Source of the DNA: Pecten maximus
Taxonomy: Eukaryota
Direction: 5' to 3'
Assembly: GCF_902652985.1 (NCBI RefSeq)
Contig: NC_047029.1
Coordinates: 34,348,001 to 34,412,000 of the forward strand
DNA: 64,000 nucleotides
The notes beneath the pieces are model-generated. The model did no database searches and was not told where the DNA came from. It saw only the letters and a list, made by a program, of their open reading frames with translations. This document shows positions 12,051-27,000 of the stretch, in pieces. The position numbers and the translations under genes were made by a program. How positions within the stretch are numbered: the stretch's first letter is position 1; every line of letters begins with the position of its first letter.

Positions 12051-15000
12051 ATGTCAGAACAACAAAGTGGTAAGTCAGAGCTTTTTAAAGTCAATTTAAG
12101 ATCTAATTTCCAAGTGATATTATTTCGTATTAAACTGAAATTCCAAAAATGTGCGACTTTCCACTGAAAATTGCCTCTTAGTTCACTAATTTCTTCTCAA
12201 AATGAGATGAGATCTCGAAGGACCAATTGACAAAATAAGTGAAAGACGGGCCCATGAGTTCATAAGTCTGCATGAGTACCCCCTGAAAATAGCACTCCTA
12301 GTTCACCAATTTCTTCTGGAAATGAGATGAGATGGACCAGTTGCCAAAATATCTGAAAGACTGTATGCCCATAAGTACAGGAGTCTTGAGCACTCAATTT
12401 ATATTAATAGCACTGTAATCGATATTGGCAATGTTGTATCATCCATACCAAGGCAGACAAAGACACTATCTACTGATGGGAATTGTTTCTGCTTTCATGA
12501 TTAATACATTGAAATGCACCTATTACCTATCAATTATAAACAGTTTTATCAATTTACTTTTAAGGATGGTATGAAGTTTTGTTTCTTTAATTGATTGAGT
12601 TATAATATTGATATAATTTTGTAAGTTAAATACTAATGATAATAAATCATCTATTAATTGATAATACAAATGTACATTATATTAAAAATTTTGTTATGTA
12701 TAACTAGATATATATATCCTTATGTGATACAAATGTATTTCATTTCTGATTAGATGATAATGATGTAGCACATTCAGAAGACACTCCCCAACAACAGTCA
12801 GATGTCATCCTTCCAGCCACAACACCAAGGAGGTTACCTCCCCTGGGTCAGAGTAATGCAGGTACTGTTTGTTTGGCTTTAATACCTCTGATCACATCCC
12901 TATAGTTCCTTATTGGTTGTTGCTGCAGAGTGTTTCTTGCCTGTCACCTACTAATATTGTAACAATAGTGAATCTATTTTCTTTGTGGGGGGAATTTAAT
13001 GATGTTTAATTCAATCTGATTAAAATCATACACATGTACATATAGTTTAATTGATCTTTGCTCCTGGACCAGTAACCTACACTCTGATCTACATAATGTA
13101 CGTGTCAAGTTCTTAACCTAGCAGACTGTAGTTTATGGAACGAAAGGGCAGATAAACAATCTTTTTTACCCTTTAAGTTATTCAGGGAAAAAATTAATGC
13201 TTGACTCCTGCTTGGTTTGATACTGTGTGGAATGCTTGTGCTATTATAAAAATATAATATGAAGCTTGCAAGGCTTGCTGCTTGGTTTAGTTTACCAGAG
13301 GAAGGGGCAATCCTGGACCGGGAGAGATTCATTAATTAGCACACATCTTTATACATTTTTACGAATTTTGTTTTTAGATTTGAAGGATCTCGTAAATGTT
13401 TCAAAAAGTAATGAAACTATTTCATATGTTAAAGACCAAGAGAATCTTATAGTTCACAATACTTTGTGCATGCAAATAATTTTGATTTTGAAAACATAAA
13501 GGTCATATACATTGTACATGGATTAACCAGAAAAAATCTAAAGTATGGAATAAAACATCGGTTAACAACAATTTTGCATTTAAACTGATTGATGTCAAAA
13601 ACTGTGATTCAGACAAATTTCCCTTAAACTGATTATCAAATTTATGTTAAAAGCTGTACATCCGACAAATTCCATTAAATTGATTAATGTAAAAAGCTGT
13701 GAATCGGACAAATTCTATTTCATGCAGTGGAGCTGATATGTCTGCTAGAACCTTGTTACTTCAATAAAAACAATAATAACAGAACTATAAAAATATCAAC
13801 CCCTTGTCCAAAAGGAAAAAAGTAAAACAAGAGCTCTAAGTAATTAGAACCTGTTCTAGGTCAGACAGAAAGTGGACTGTTCAGAAATTATTTAATGTAT
13901 AATTAGAGAAGGGTTAACAAGGTTGCAGTGCTGTGTAATGCTGACTTATGTGTGTGGCTTGTCCCTGCTGCTATAGATTCTTCCCAGTCTGACCACACAC
14001 CCATGCTTGATGAATCTACAACCAGGAACAGAACACTACCAGCTATATATCACTCCAGCAAAGGTTGGTCAACAAGTAATTCACAGTCAAGAAATTAATC
14101 ATACTTTTTGATTTCTTATAATAGCAGAATGTGGCACCCACTTGTTGTATTTGAGTTAGCCCGAGTTTCCTCTGGCCCTGACACCATGCCTGGTGTAGGG
14201 CCAGATCGAGCGCACTACTAAATGAAAACATGGAATTATCCGACACCGTTTGGTGTCGCTAAGATTTTGGTGCAAACACAATAAAATCAGGTGCGACATA
14301 ACACCTACCTTACATATATAGATTTAAATGAGATATCTATTTACCACAAAACACCCATTTAGTCCCATATCAGTGTTATATTTTGCCCGTATAGACCCTT
14401 GCTTGTCAGGGCCAGAGGAAACTCTGGCTATATTTGACTCTGCCTAAAGCTTTCCAAGTTCTACTCCAATACATCACATTCTAATTGCAATATCACTTGG
14501 TTTGAATGTTATTTCTCCTGCCATTATGTTATATCTTGTGTATGACTGGGATTTGTCGAAGTGGCCCATTACACTGTCATACTCCAGGGTGAGTAGTGTT
14601 GATGTAATGCTACAGAAGACATTTGAGGCCCAGAAAGAATGTAAGATTACAAAACAATTGAAGGAATTTTACTGAGGCATATATATGATTCACTAAACAA
14701 GGAAAATATGTGAAAGTTCTTGATAGCTTAAACAAAAATTACAAGTTAATAATTTCAAGAGTTAAGGAGAAACGATCTTGAAAACAGCTTAATTTTCAAA
14801 CATCCTTCCTTGGATAGTTATTTGAGGTAATATAGCACTTAAAAATTTACTACATTTTTATATAGAGATGAATGCTATGTCAATGATTCGGTGCCTTTCT
14901 GACTACAATTTCATCCTAAATTCATTATAAATCACTGTTTTACCTTATGAACAACTGTTTTAAAGCGGTGGCACCTCTTGGAACTGACAAAGAAATAGTG

Positions 15001-18000
15001 AATGGAATTGTAGTGAAAAAGTCCGGACAAGATGGACAAGAGGCAGGATCCACAGCCGGCTCGGAAGATGGAGATAAGGAAAAAAAGGATGAGCCAATGA
15101 AAGCTGTTGGATTCTTTGAAACTGTTTGTACCTTACTTTTTTCCGTTTAACAATTCATTGTTCAGCTCATTATAGTGGGTGTATTGTAGTTATTTTTCAG
15201 ATTGAAAACATCAAAATTGCATTCTAGAAAAAATCATCATGTATCATATTTCATTCCATGTGAGACTTTAGATATGAAAGTGTTAAGTATTTTTAGTATC
15301 ACAATCACATTTTTTCCGTCGTTATGCAATGTCTGTCATCCGTTCACATTTTCATGCTCAACTTCTCAATAACCATGAGGCCTGCATGCAAGCAAGTATG
15401 ATATTTGGCTAGTAGCATGCTGAGATGAAGGGTTACCAAGTTTGTTAAATTGAGAAACCTTGACCTACTTACAATGTCATAGGTCAAATGTGTTATATTA
15501 TTTATACAACTTCTTCTCAGTAACCGAGAGGACCAGGGCCACATGATATTGGGTCAATCACATACTGGGATGAAGACTACAATATAATGTAGCTACCAAG
15601 TTTGTTCAAATGGATGACTTTGACCAACTTTCAAGGTCACAGGGGTCAAATGTGTTGAAAATCTTCAAATAACTTCTTATTCTCAATAACCTAAGAGACT
15701 CATGATGTGCAGGGTCATGATATCAGGCCAATAGCATGTTGGTATCAACAACCTTGATCTGCTTCAAGGTGAAAGGGGTGAGATGTGTTGAACCTTGATT
15801 TAAAAACAAAAGTGGTCTATCAGTATACATGACATATCAGGCTCAGGTGACCGTTTCTCATAAGGCAAATGAAAAACATTGTGATGAGTTTTCATTAATT
15901 TGTCAAAAAAATTAAAAAAAATTACTTCTTCATATTATCTCAGTTGAATTGAATTGCAAGCATACTTGAAAACAGTATTGATCAGACCAATATGGAATCT
16001 AAAACGGTGATATTCTCGCTCCATCCCTCTTCTTTATGTATACGTTACCAAGTATGTAAAGCTAAGAAGTTAGTCTGTTACAATTTAACCAGCAACCAAT
16101 CATTATAAGGTCCATTAGGTGTTAATCTGTTCGTAAATTCATTTAAATTTTCAGTTTCGTTTTTCGGACTGTTGGGATCGGCTGTTGATGATTATTGGGT
16201 CTCTAGGTGCCATGGCTCACGGAGCTGGGATGCCGGCCATGATCATTGTGTTTGGAACCATGACTGATTCCTTTGTAGATGTGGGAAAGTACACGGCCAT
16301 TCTTGAAGTCATTGCCGATTTCCTCACCAATGTTGGGCTCACACAGGCAGCCTGCATCGCCAATCCAAGTCTTCTCAGGTATTTTGTCTGAAAAATTCTA
16401 ATATTGGTTATAATACATATTACAAATCAAAATACCACAAGACTTGACTCGATCGGCCCATATTGTATTCACTTCTTAACAAAATGAGAGATGAAACAAT
16501 TAGAAATATTACAGGAATGTAAACAAAATGATGACGGGAAATGTGAACAAACGAAGGATTGATTTGCAATAAGACTTCTGAATCAGTGAAAAGAATGAGT
16601 GATCTCCTGATAGGTTGGAGTCTTCTGCTTCATTGACGACTGTAGTCATGTAAACTTCTAAAAATCTAAACAACATCAAATTAATAGGGTAAGAAAACCC
16701 CTAGATATGATGGCCCAGGGCCAGTAGAATTGGTCTGACGGCAAATGAATATTGATGACTACATTCTGATTGGTGAATGTAAAATTTCTTGTAATTTAAC
16801 CTTTTCCTTAGGTTGATTTAAGATACTAATATTTCAGTTTAATTGGACAACTTTGTTTAACTTTTGGGCAGTGACAACATATTCTTTAATTCCTATTACG
16901 TAGTCACTTCTAGGTAATATGCAGGGGATCACATTGGTGTACCTTTGTGTATGTTTTGTGTTGTAGTCCCTATATAACTGATATAGCAACTAACTACAGT
17001 ACTGTGGACACCAACATCATTCAACAACAGATAGACACAGATTTTCTGGAACAAATGAGGACATTCTCTCTGTACTATGTTGGTAAGTAACAACTAACTA
17101 TTTTAGAATTTGAACTGTGACAGTGACCTGAATTAATTAGTATGACTTTTAACTGACTGACCACCAACTATAGATATAAATGTAACTGTGACCTCTAGCT
17201 TATTGTAACCTATGGCTATGACCATAGGTCAGTTGCTAAAGTTGTGATCTTTGATATTTGTGACATTAATGGAGCTGGCAGACAAAAATATACCAGTGGT
17301 ACTGAACTTTAACCTCTGACCGGAATATTGTCCTATTGGACCTACTTTAGGACAAATTCATATTTGGATGAACTACTTTATGTTAGATTTATGTGAAATT
17401 TTCCAAATTCATTTGAGGACCTTATGGTACAACTAGATCGGACTATAATGGCTGTAACCACTAGTTCTCACTCTAAAATTAAAATGGATGTAACCACTGG
17501 ATCCAAATTCAAATGGTTGTATTACCACTGGATTGGACTCTTACTGTGACCTGTGTGACTTCTAAGTGTATAACTTTGGTACAAATGTAACAGGAGAGGA
17601 GAAAAGGTAGCGGCCAGACCGGGGTTCGAACCCGGGACCTCCGAACACTAGCAGGATGCTCTACCAATTGAGCTACTTGGTCACAGATGATCCACCCAGT
17701 CCAGTCCTGCTTCACAAATATCAATCGCAAGGACCAATATTCGTTTTGTTTGAATTTGTTGTGTGAATATATATAATATTTCATTTTTTCCAAATACACG
17801 TATTGATGAATACTTCATTATATTTACTTGTGTTTAAGATTTCCACATTAGCGCAATTTCATAACTGTATGTGAATGTAATAGATTATATTTTAACAAAA
17901 ATGCTTATCAGGGTATTAACATTTGAGTGAGAGAAAATAATATTATGCAATATGATACAATTTAATTGTATAGGTATAGGTTGTGGAGTTATCGTTCTTG

Positions 18001-21000
18001 GCTATGCCCAGGTGGCATTCTGGTCTCTGGCTGCGGAGAGACAGTGTCACAGGATCAGAAAGAGGTTTTTCCGCAATGTGATGAGACAGGACATGACCTG
18101 GTTTGACACCCATGACTCGGGTCAGTTAAACACAAGACTGTCAGAGTAAGTTATATAATTATCAAGAATTCATGCCCATGGATCCAATTAGTATACAACT
18201 CATTACCCAATGTAGGCAACTCGGTGCCAGATGGAGACAACTTATTTTTAATAGAACCAAATGTGGACAACTCGGTACCAAATGATTCTGTTTAATGCTC
18301 TTTTGAACATGCTGTTTTTAGGCCTAAATCTAGGAATAGATAATAAAGAGTAAAAAATGGTATTAAAACCGACAACAAAGGTCAAAGGTTGTATTCAATA
18401 TGCTACCATAAAGATTACCATAAAAATAAGAATGATCTCCAGTACGAAATGATCAATTCTGATGCCGTTTCATAATTTATTAATTTGTTTGAAACAAGAT
18501 ATTCCAGATGAATCTTGGCTTCCTGTATTGCATGATTTTGATTGTTTCAATATTTTGTTCTCCTGATTTTAATAAACCTAAGTGTCGAAGAACAAAAAGG
18601 AACAACACAGTGAATTTAGAATGGAAAAAAGACTTTCTGAGAGCAATGGCAATCTTTCAACTGTTAAAATCCAAGATGTATGACCACATTTTATAGACAT
18701 ATTTAGAAGTGATTTTAAATGTCTGACAAAGTTTATCCATTTTACAGTGATGTAAACAAGATCCACAGTGGCATAGGGGACAAGTTGGGTACGTTCCTGC
18801 AGTTCTTCTCTAGCTTTCTGACTGGCATCACAATTGGGTTTGTGTACGGATGGAAACTGACCTTAGTTATATTGTCAGTCTGTCCTATCATCATGGTAGC
18901 AGCTGCTGCCTTTAATAAGGTAATGTAAAAAACAGACAGGAGTTTGAATTTTTTAGATTATTTTTCGTGTATTTGTTAAGGGACCTACTGTACCTGGTAC
19001 ACATAATGATAATTATAAAGACAATCATTTGTCAGTGGTGGTGTTCCGATTAATCAAGTTAAATGTCGAATGTCACTTGTTTGAGGTAATTATCCTATTC
19101 ATTGAATAAGAAATCTGAAATCAAATTTTGTCAAAAATGCCCAGCATCTGATGCATATGCTAAACGAAAGAATAAAAGTTGATTGGTTTAACGTGTGAGA
19201 AAAACTTGTCTTCATCAATCGCTTGATTGTGGTTGGTGCTTTATATATCATATAAAATACAAGCCTCTGGATGACTGCATGAATGTGGCAGTAATCACTA
19301 TGAAGGAATGTAAAAAATGTTTAAATACAAAAGAAAGATAATTGAAAATTAATTGATTTTAATAGACTGATGATCAGTCATAAAATTTCAAGAGATTTTT
19401 ATCAAAGTTTGGCTTTGTTTATGAATTATTGTTGATGTGTTGTTTCTTTCCTGTAGATTCTAACATCTGTGACAGGAAATCAACTGCTGGCCTACGCCCA
19501 GGCGGGATCAGTAGCTGAAGAAGTACTCAGCTCCATTAGAACTGTGGTGGCATTTGGTGGTGAGAAGAAGGCCAGTAAGAAGTAAGTTGATAATCCAACT
19601 GTAAGTGCATTATTGAATTGCATTGATGATTGTTTGTACATATATTTGTCAATAAGAATTTGATGGATTTTTTTTTCAATTCCAAAAAGTAAAATATTTT
19701 GTACTACATATATATCATGAGATCATGCACACAATTTTAATGTATATGACATACCTTAAAAGCACTCACCATTCCTTAATTTACAGTTAATGTCTGAATT
19801 TTACAGATATAGTGAGTCGCTTTCTGAGGCCCGTGATTTTGGTATCAAAAAAGCTCTGGGAAATGGTGTATCCATGGGAATCGTGTACTTTGTCATATTT
19901 TGTACATATGCCCTGGCGTTCTGGTATGGAGCCAAGGTCTCGCGGGAGGAACCGGACACCTACTCAATCGGCAAAGTGTTGATCGTAAGTTACGAAAACA
20001 TCAGTGTAACAGTCTTGAATACCTTAAGAATTTCTGGTTTAATTTTCTTTGTCTGGATTCTATTGCAATGCATAGATACAAAAAAAATATGTGTTAATGC
20101 TTTTATTTGGTCAAGATTCATTGTCATTGCTATAGTTACATCTCAATAAGATATTTATGTAATTTATTATAATGTATACATTTTCTGTAATATATTACAG
20201 GTGTTTTTCTCGGTGCTAATTGGTGCAATGTCCCTAGGGACTGGACTTCCTAACCTCCAGGATTTTACTGAAGCAAGAACTGCTGCATACACCATTTACC
20301 AGCTCATTGATTTGGTGAGAATATTTATTGTTTTCTTCATTAAGAATGTTCTTATTAGTTAAATTATTTTAAACCTGGTGTTTTGGTAAATATATATATA
20401 TACGCTAAGAAAGAAATTCTTAAATGCTTATTTCATGAGAGAAAATGGCAAGAAAGTGCAGGAAAACTGCTGGAAAATATTGATTTCTATTTTATTTTTA
20501 TTTTTACAGAATCCAGATATTGACAGCAGTTCAGAGGAAGGAAAGACACCTGACCACTTGGAGGGAAATATAGAATTTCAGGATATAGAATTTCGGTACC
20601 CAGCCCGACCAGAGGTCAAAGTTCTTAACAAGGTTGACCTTGAGATTATGAGAGGACAGACAGTGGCTCTTGTCGGGTCCAGTGGATGTGGTAAAAGCAC
20701 AATGGTACAACTGATTCAGCGGTTCTATGATCCAGAGGCTGGACAGGTGAGGATGAGAATTCAAACTAGATCCGATATCCAATCAACAATGTTGAAAAAT
20801 AGTGCAGATATTGTTAAGTTTACCTGCTGAACAACATGATATTTTCATTTTTTTTTTTAATTTTTTTTAATTTTGAATTATGTATTTAATGAATTCAGTC
20901 AAAGATACTAATGTTTTCAAGCCATAAATGTTGATTATTGTATCTTTTATGATAATTTGATGATTTCCTCCACAAATTTTCATCAATTCTTCCATTTTTG

Positions 21001-24000
21001 ATACTTTAACATAAGAATGGCTATTAGTTAATTAATTAATTGCTATAAATATTTTTTTTTTTTTTAATTTACAGTACAGTGGATCCCATTTATCATAATA
21101 TTAGATATTGTCACATCATAATTATAATATGATTGCTTTATGATATTTTTTTAATGAGTTTAAATGTCTCTATATAAATCAGTAAAAATATCTTGTGGTC
21201 CAACATGAATCTGTCTATATTCTAATGATTTTTGTTTCGTCCTGAATTACTTTTGGAAGCTGCATGTAACCCCGGGTATTATAAGTGGCCCTATTTAACA
21301 CCTGGACAAGTCATTACCATCTCTAATTACCGGTAGCCTCAATGTCGTCTATCATTTAGGCATTGATTACAAAATGTGTTTTGATATTAGGTTCTGATTG
21401 ATGGTATAAACCTGAAGGAGCTGAATGTAAAATGGCTCAGACAACACATAGGTGTGGTCAGTCAGGAACCTGTCCTCTTTGCTACGTCTATTGAAGAAAA
21501 TATCCGTTACGGATGGGACGGTGTCACACAGGATCAAATCATTGCTGCAGCAAAGATGGCCAATGCACATGACTTCATCATGCAGCTACCAGAGGTAATG
21601 CATTTATGATACTGTGATTATTATCGGAGTAATAGTTTTACACTGGGGGGGGGGGGGGGGGGGGGCTTATTTGAGGATAAATACAGTACTAGACTTTTAC
21701 ACTAGGGAGGGGGGGGGGAGCTTATTTGAGGATAAATACAGAACCAGACTTTTACACTGGGGGGAGGGGGGCTTCTTTGATGATGAATACAGTACTAGAC
21801 TTTTACACTGGGGGGGGTTATTTGAGGATACATTAGTGTATCAGTTGTGTATGCATGGTAAGTAGCCAGTGAGTTGACATGTACATGCATACAAAATATA
21901 AAACATATTCTGCTGCTGTCAAAAGGCGATTGTTTAAAATGAACTTAATTGGTTTCTTCAATGAAAATTGTGAGCATGTCAATTAAAGTATCAATGATGA
22001 TGATTTTGTATTGAGGAGGAGGATGGTTTAAAATAATGTTTGAGGCTAATTACTTCATGTTTTACCAGAAATATGATACACTGGTTGGGGAGAGAGGTGC
22101 CCAGCTGAGTGGTGGTCAGAAGCAGAGAGTAGCCATCGCGCGTGCCCTGGTCAGAGATCCAAGGATTCTGCTGCTGGACGAAGCCACATCAGCCCTGGAC
22201 ACTGAGAGTGAGGCTATTGTACAGGAGGCCCTGGATAAGGTGAGAAGGTCGAGGAAACAGGTTAAGATTTTTATTTTTAATCGGCTGCAGATCAACATAA
22301 ACAGGTAGATCGAAATTCAGAAGCTGAGGGTGGTAAATGTTAGGAAGCATTTAATTGTAATGTACATTAAATGCCAACGTTCAACCAGTGAAATGTACGT
22401 TATACAGGGTTGATAAGTGGAAAGATAAAGGGAATGTAGAAAGGAAAACGGACATATGGAGGAGATATGGCCCACTGGTTACATGAATGGAGGCTAATAA
22501 CATATCCTTTACAGGTAACATGGACAAATATAGGAATACCTAAAAGTCTTGTAGATCAAGGTCATTCTTAATGATCATTTACTATTAGATCATGGAATGT
22601 TTTTGGCAGTAGACCATTTAGTGGTTTATCCTAAAATCAGAAATAAGTTGTTTTTGTGTGTAAAATTTGGTATTTAATGTATGATGTAATGTATAAGGAT
22701 GATAATTCTACCCATGTTTGTGCATGGCTCTGTTGGTAATTACCTATGTGTGTGGCTCTGTTTTGGATTTGACTTGAAACAATTGAATAAATGATGGGTA
22801 AATTGATGGATTAAGGTATACAATCACATTAATAGAAACAGAAAGTTGCTGATTGATATACATTGTATAACCAAAAAAGGATTGGGTCAAATTTTGTTAT
22901 AGGAATGATTTTGAATGATAACTTTTGGAACTTTAAATTAAATCAGCTGAGAATATCTCCAAGCAGGCCATAACTATACTAAAGCTAGATGAGGATTTTC
23001 CGCAATATGGCAAAAACTAATATAAAGGGAAATTCACTGAACCAACAATATTTATTAAGATTGGTAATTATAGGAATGTATAAACATGGGTTTTTCTCAA
23101 TGGTTTGAGAAGGGTCCTTTTTGTCTCATTTTGGGAAGAAAATTGGTTTTCAGAATTGGGAAAGATTTTTTCAGGAGCAAACTGCAAATTTTGGGAATTT
23201 GATTTTAAAACGAAATAATTCCAATTGGGAATGAGGCCTATTAACGAACACAGAAAGCCCTCAGAAAAAGCCCTGAGAAATGATCATGCATGATTAGGTC
23301 ACATTTTCCTGTAGCAGGAAAACCTAGACCCACCACGCTTGATACATTTTCAGGCTAGAGCTGGCAGAACTACAGTTGTTGTTGCCCACCGTCTGTCCAC
23401 CATAAAGACTGCCAACACAATTGCTGGTTTTAAGGAAGGAACGATCGTAGAGCAAGGTACCCATGAACAACTGATGCAGAAACAAGGGGTGTACCAACAG
23501 CTTGTCACGTTACAGGTATTCACACAATTAACTATTAATCAGGTTATCTAATATTACAAACAAGGGGTGTACCAACAGCTTGTTATACAGGTATTCACAC
23601 AATCAACTATTAATCTGGTTATCTAATATCACAAACAAGGGGTGTACCAACAACTTGTTATACAGGTATTCACACAATCAACTATTAATCTGGTTATCTA
23701 ATATCACAAACAAGGGGTGTACCAACAACTTGTTATACAGGTATTCACACAATTAACTATTAATCTGGTTATCTAATATCACAAACAAGGGGTGTACCAA
23801 CAACTTGTTATACAGGTATTAACACAATTAACTATTAATCGGGTTATCTAATATCACAAACAAGGGGTGTACCAACAGCTTGTCACGTTACAGGTATTCA
23901 CACAATCAACTATTAATCAGGTTATCTAATATCACAAACAAGGGGTGTACCAACAACTTGTTATACAGGTATTCACACAATTAACTATTAATCGGGTTAT

Positions 24001-27000
24001 CTAATATCACAAACAAGGGGTGTACCAACAGCTTGTTATACAGGTATTCACACAATCAACTATTAATCTGGTTATCTAATATCACAAACAAGGGGTGTAC
24101 CAACAGCTTGTAATTATACAGGTATTCACACATCAACAGTCATTGACAGCAAGGACACAGACTTGTATCATCTAATACAGAGAAAATTGTCAAATCGTTG
24201 ATAATGATATTAAATTGGTGTTTCATATATGGGACTAATTTATAACATTTCACCATTGATTATAATACAATGTAATTAAATTATAAAAAATGAATCTGAC
24301 CTGTTGAATAATATTGGTATAAACAATTGATTTATCAATGTATTAATGTTATGTATAAAAAACACATTTTGTTTTCAGACAAAAAAACATGATGCTGAAG
24401 GTAAGTTACTCTGTTCACCGATTATATTTCCTAGCGTTTTTTAGTCCCCTGCCGTTTGAAAAACGGGGGGGCCCCCGGGGACTTTTCGGTTTACCCTCTG
24501 TCCGTCCGTCTGTCTGTCTATCACGCAAAAGTTGTCCGGTACTACTCCGATCTTAACGAAACTTGGTATACATGATCAGTATAACATGTAGTTGTGCATC
24601 CCACATTTGTTTTTTTCGAAAAACCATTTTTCAAAAAAAAAATGGGAAATGAATAGGTGCACTTCTAGCTCAGGCAGGGGACTTTGTATTGCTGTTGCAA
24701 TACTATCCATCCTTGTTGTTGTTTTTTTTTTTTTAATTTGAAAAGAAAACAAAGGGTAAAGAAGACTGATATATTGTCATTTGAAGTGTTCTTGGTATTT
24801 TAGGTAGTCAATTTTAGCTCTAGTTCAAGATTAGGTCATCACATGTCAGCATACTTAAATAAAGTATTCCATGAACATCATGAAATGATTTGGTTAAGAT
24901 ATCTTAACATTTGGTCAATATTGACTTAGTCTATAGAACAATTAAGCTGTCCGACTTTATAAAAGATTTTTAGCAGTAACTTACGGGTCGGAAATCAACA
25001 CTAGTCCGCAGTTGTGTAACTAGCTAGGCCATACATATAAACTTGACTTGGAATTGAAATTGAAACAATTTAAGGGGCCATGGTGGCCATGCAGTGGTTA
25101 AGTTGTCCCGACACTCACTACAATTTAGCTATATAGCCCTCCACCTCAGGGATTGCAACTGAACAAGGCCACATGGGATAGTTGCCTGGTACTGACCGTA
25201 GGTTGGTGGGTTTTTTCCAGGTACTCATCTTACTCCACCTCAAAAATCTGGCACGTCTTTAAATGATCCTGGATGTTAATAGGACATTAAAAAAAAGATA
25301 AACTAAAGAAAAAATTAGTTTAGTCTTTTTGGAAAAAAGGAAGGATCTCCCTGTAAAATAGAAAGGAAAGCCATATGTTTTTAGCACTGCACACAAACCT
25401 GAAATACCTTCTTTAATCCCTGTTGTAATTAGATCACAGATAAATGAAGTATTAATATATATATATATATATATATTTGATAGGGGATGAATTGATTGAG
25501 GAGTATACAGTATCAGAAAAGAAATCTTCCAAGATGCTGAAGACTCAGAAGTCAGTAGTGGATGCCAAGAAATTGGAAGGCTTGAATGTAAAGAGTGACA
25601 CAGATGATGACAAGGTAGCTATCGGGGGATACCACTGAGTTTTAGATCATAACTTTTACTTTAAATCAAGGGGTGAACCAACAACTTTGTTACAGGTATT
25701 CACACATCAACAGTCATTGGCGGCAGCAAGGACACAGACTTAATCATCTAATACAAAGAAAATTGTCAAATCATGATAATTGGTATTACATATACTGGGC
25801 TAAGTTAAAACATTTTGCCATTGATATAATTATAATTAATAAATTAATTATTGACAAGATAAATATTGGGGGATACCACTGAGGTTTAATAAATAGATCA
25901 TAACTTTTACTTTAAATCCACATTCTACTGTTTATTACTATATTTGTATAAGCCATTATGTATTTCACTGTAAAATTTATTAATTCTCTTCTTATATACA
26001 TGTATTCATAGAAACACGTTAGTTTACAGACATTTAAAGGAACTTTAAGAAAGTTATTTTCACATATAAACATAAGAAATAATGCAGTAGGGAATAAAGC
26101 TGTATTTGTCTGGCCTTTTCAGAAAGACAAGGATTTGCCGGACCCTTCCTTCAAGAGGATCATGAGACTCTGTGCCCCCGAATGGTACCTCATTGTTGTT
26201 GGTTGTTTTGCCAGTTTATTGTTTGGAGGTGTTCAGCCGTGTTTTGCTATAATATTTTCCAGTATTATCACTGTAAGTATTTAAAGAATATACGAGTGGT
26301 AAAAATTACTTAATTTCATATAGGTAAACAGTTTTCAGAAAAGAAGTAAGAATATATGTTTTTTTTTTTTTTTTTTTTGCTGAATTAATTGTGGGGCCGC
26401 GGTGGCCGAGTGGTTAAGGTGTCCCGACACTTTACCACTAGCCCTCCACCACTGGGTTGCGAGTTCGAGACCTACGTGGGGCAGTTGCCAGGTACTGACC
26501 GTAGGCCGGTGGTTTTTCTCCGGGTACTCCGGCTTTCCTCCACCTCCAAAACCTGGCACGTCCTTAAATGCCCTTGGCTGTTAATAGGACGTTAAACAAA
26601 AACAAACCAAACATGCTGAATTAATTCTCCCGTAAACGGCCAAGGTCATTTTGAGGTGGGGTCACCTTGTAGTAGTTGGTGACTACTTCATAGAACGAAT
26701 ATTCATACCCTGCCTACATTGCTCTCCGGCAGGGTATGAAGTCCCTCCCATTGCCGATAGTGTAGCAAGCCCCGATGTGATTCACATCGGGCAGTATTAG
26801 CAGTGGTAAAAATTTTCTCGGATTAAAAAACACATGTAAATTGATGATTCTGGTATCTATTATGAATATTCAAGCAACAAACCTGCACATTACTTCAAAT
26901 GTTTGACAATAAATAGTAAAATCCAAAACGAGCAAGGCACACGGAGATATCAGTTCAAACATACCGCCATCTTTGATACAAGTGTAAAGGTCAATTTCCT

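Noticed and set aside
17610-17684. Functional tRNA gene
   Set aside because: A and B boxes are present, but I could not build a clean cloverleaf and it continues into a SINE-like tail. tRNAscan-SE would settle it.
26335-26595. Three overlapping short ORFs
   Set aside because: They lie entirely within a SINE with TSDs.
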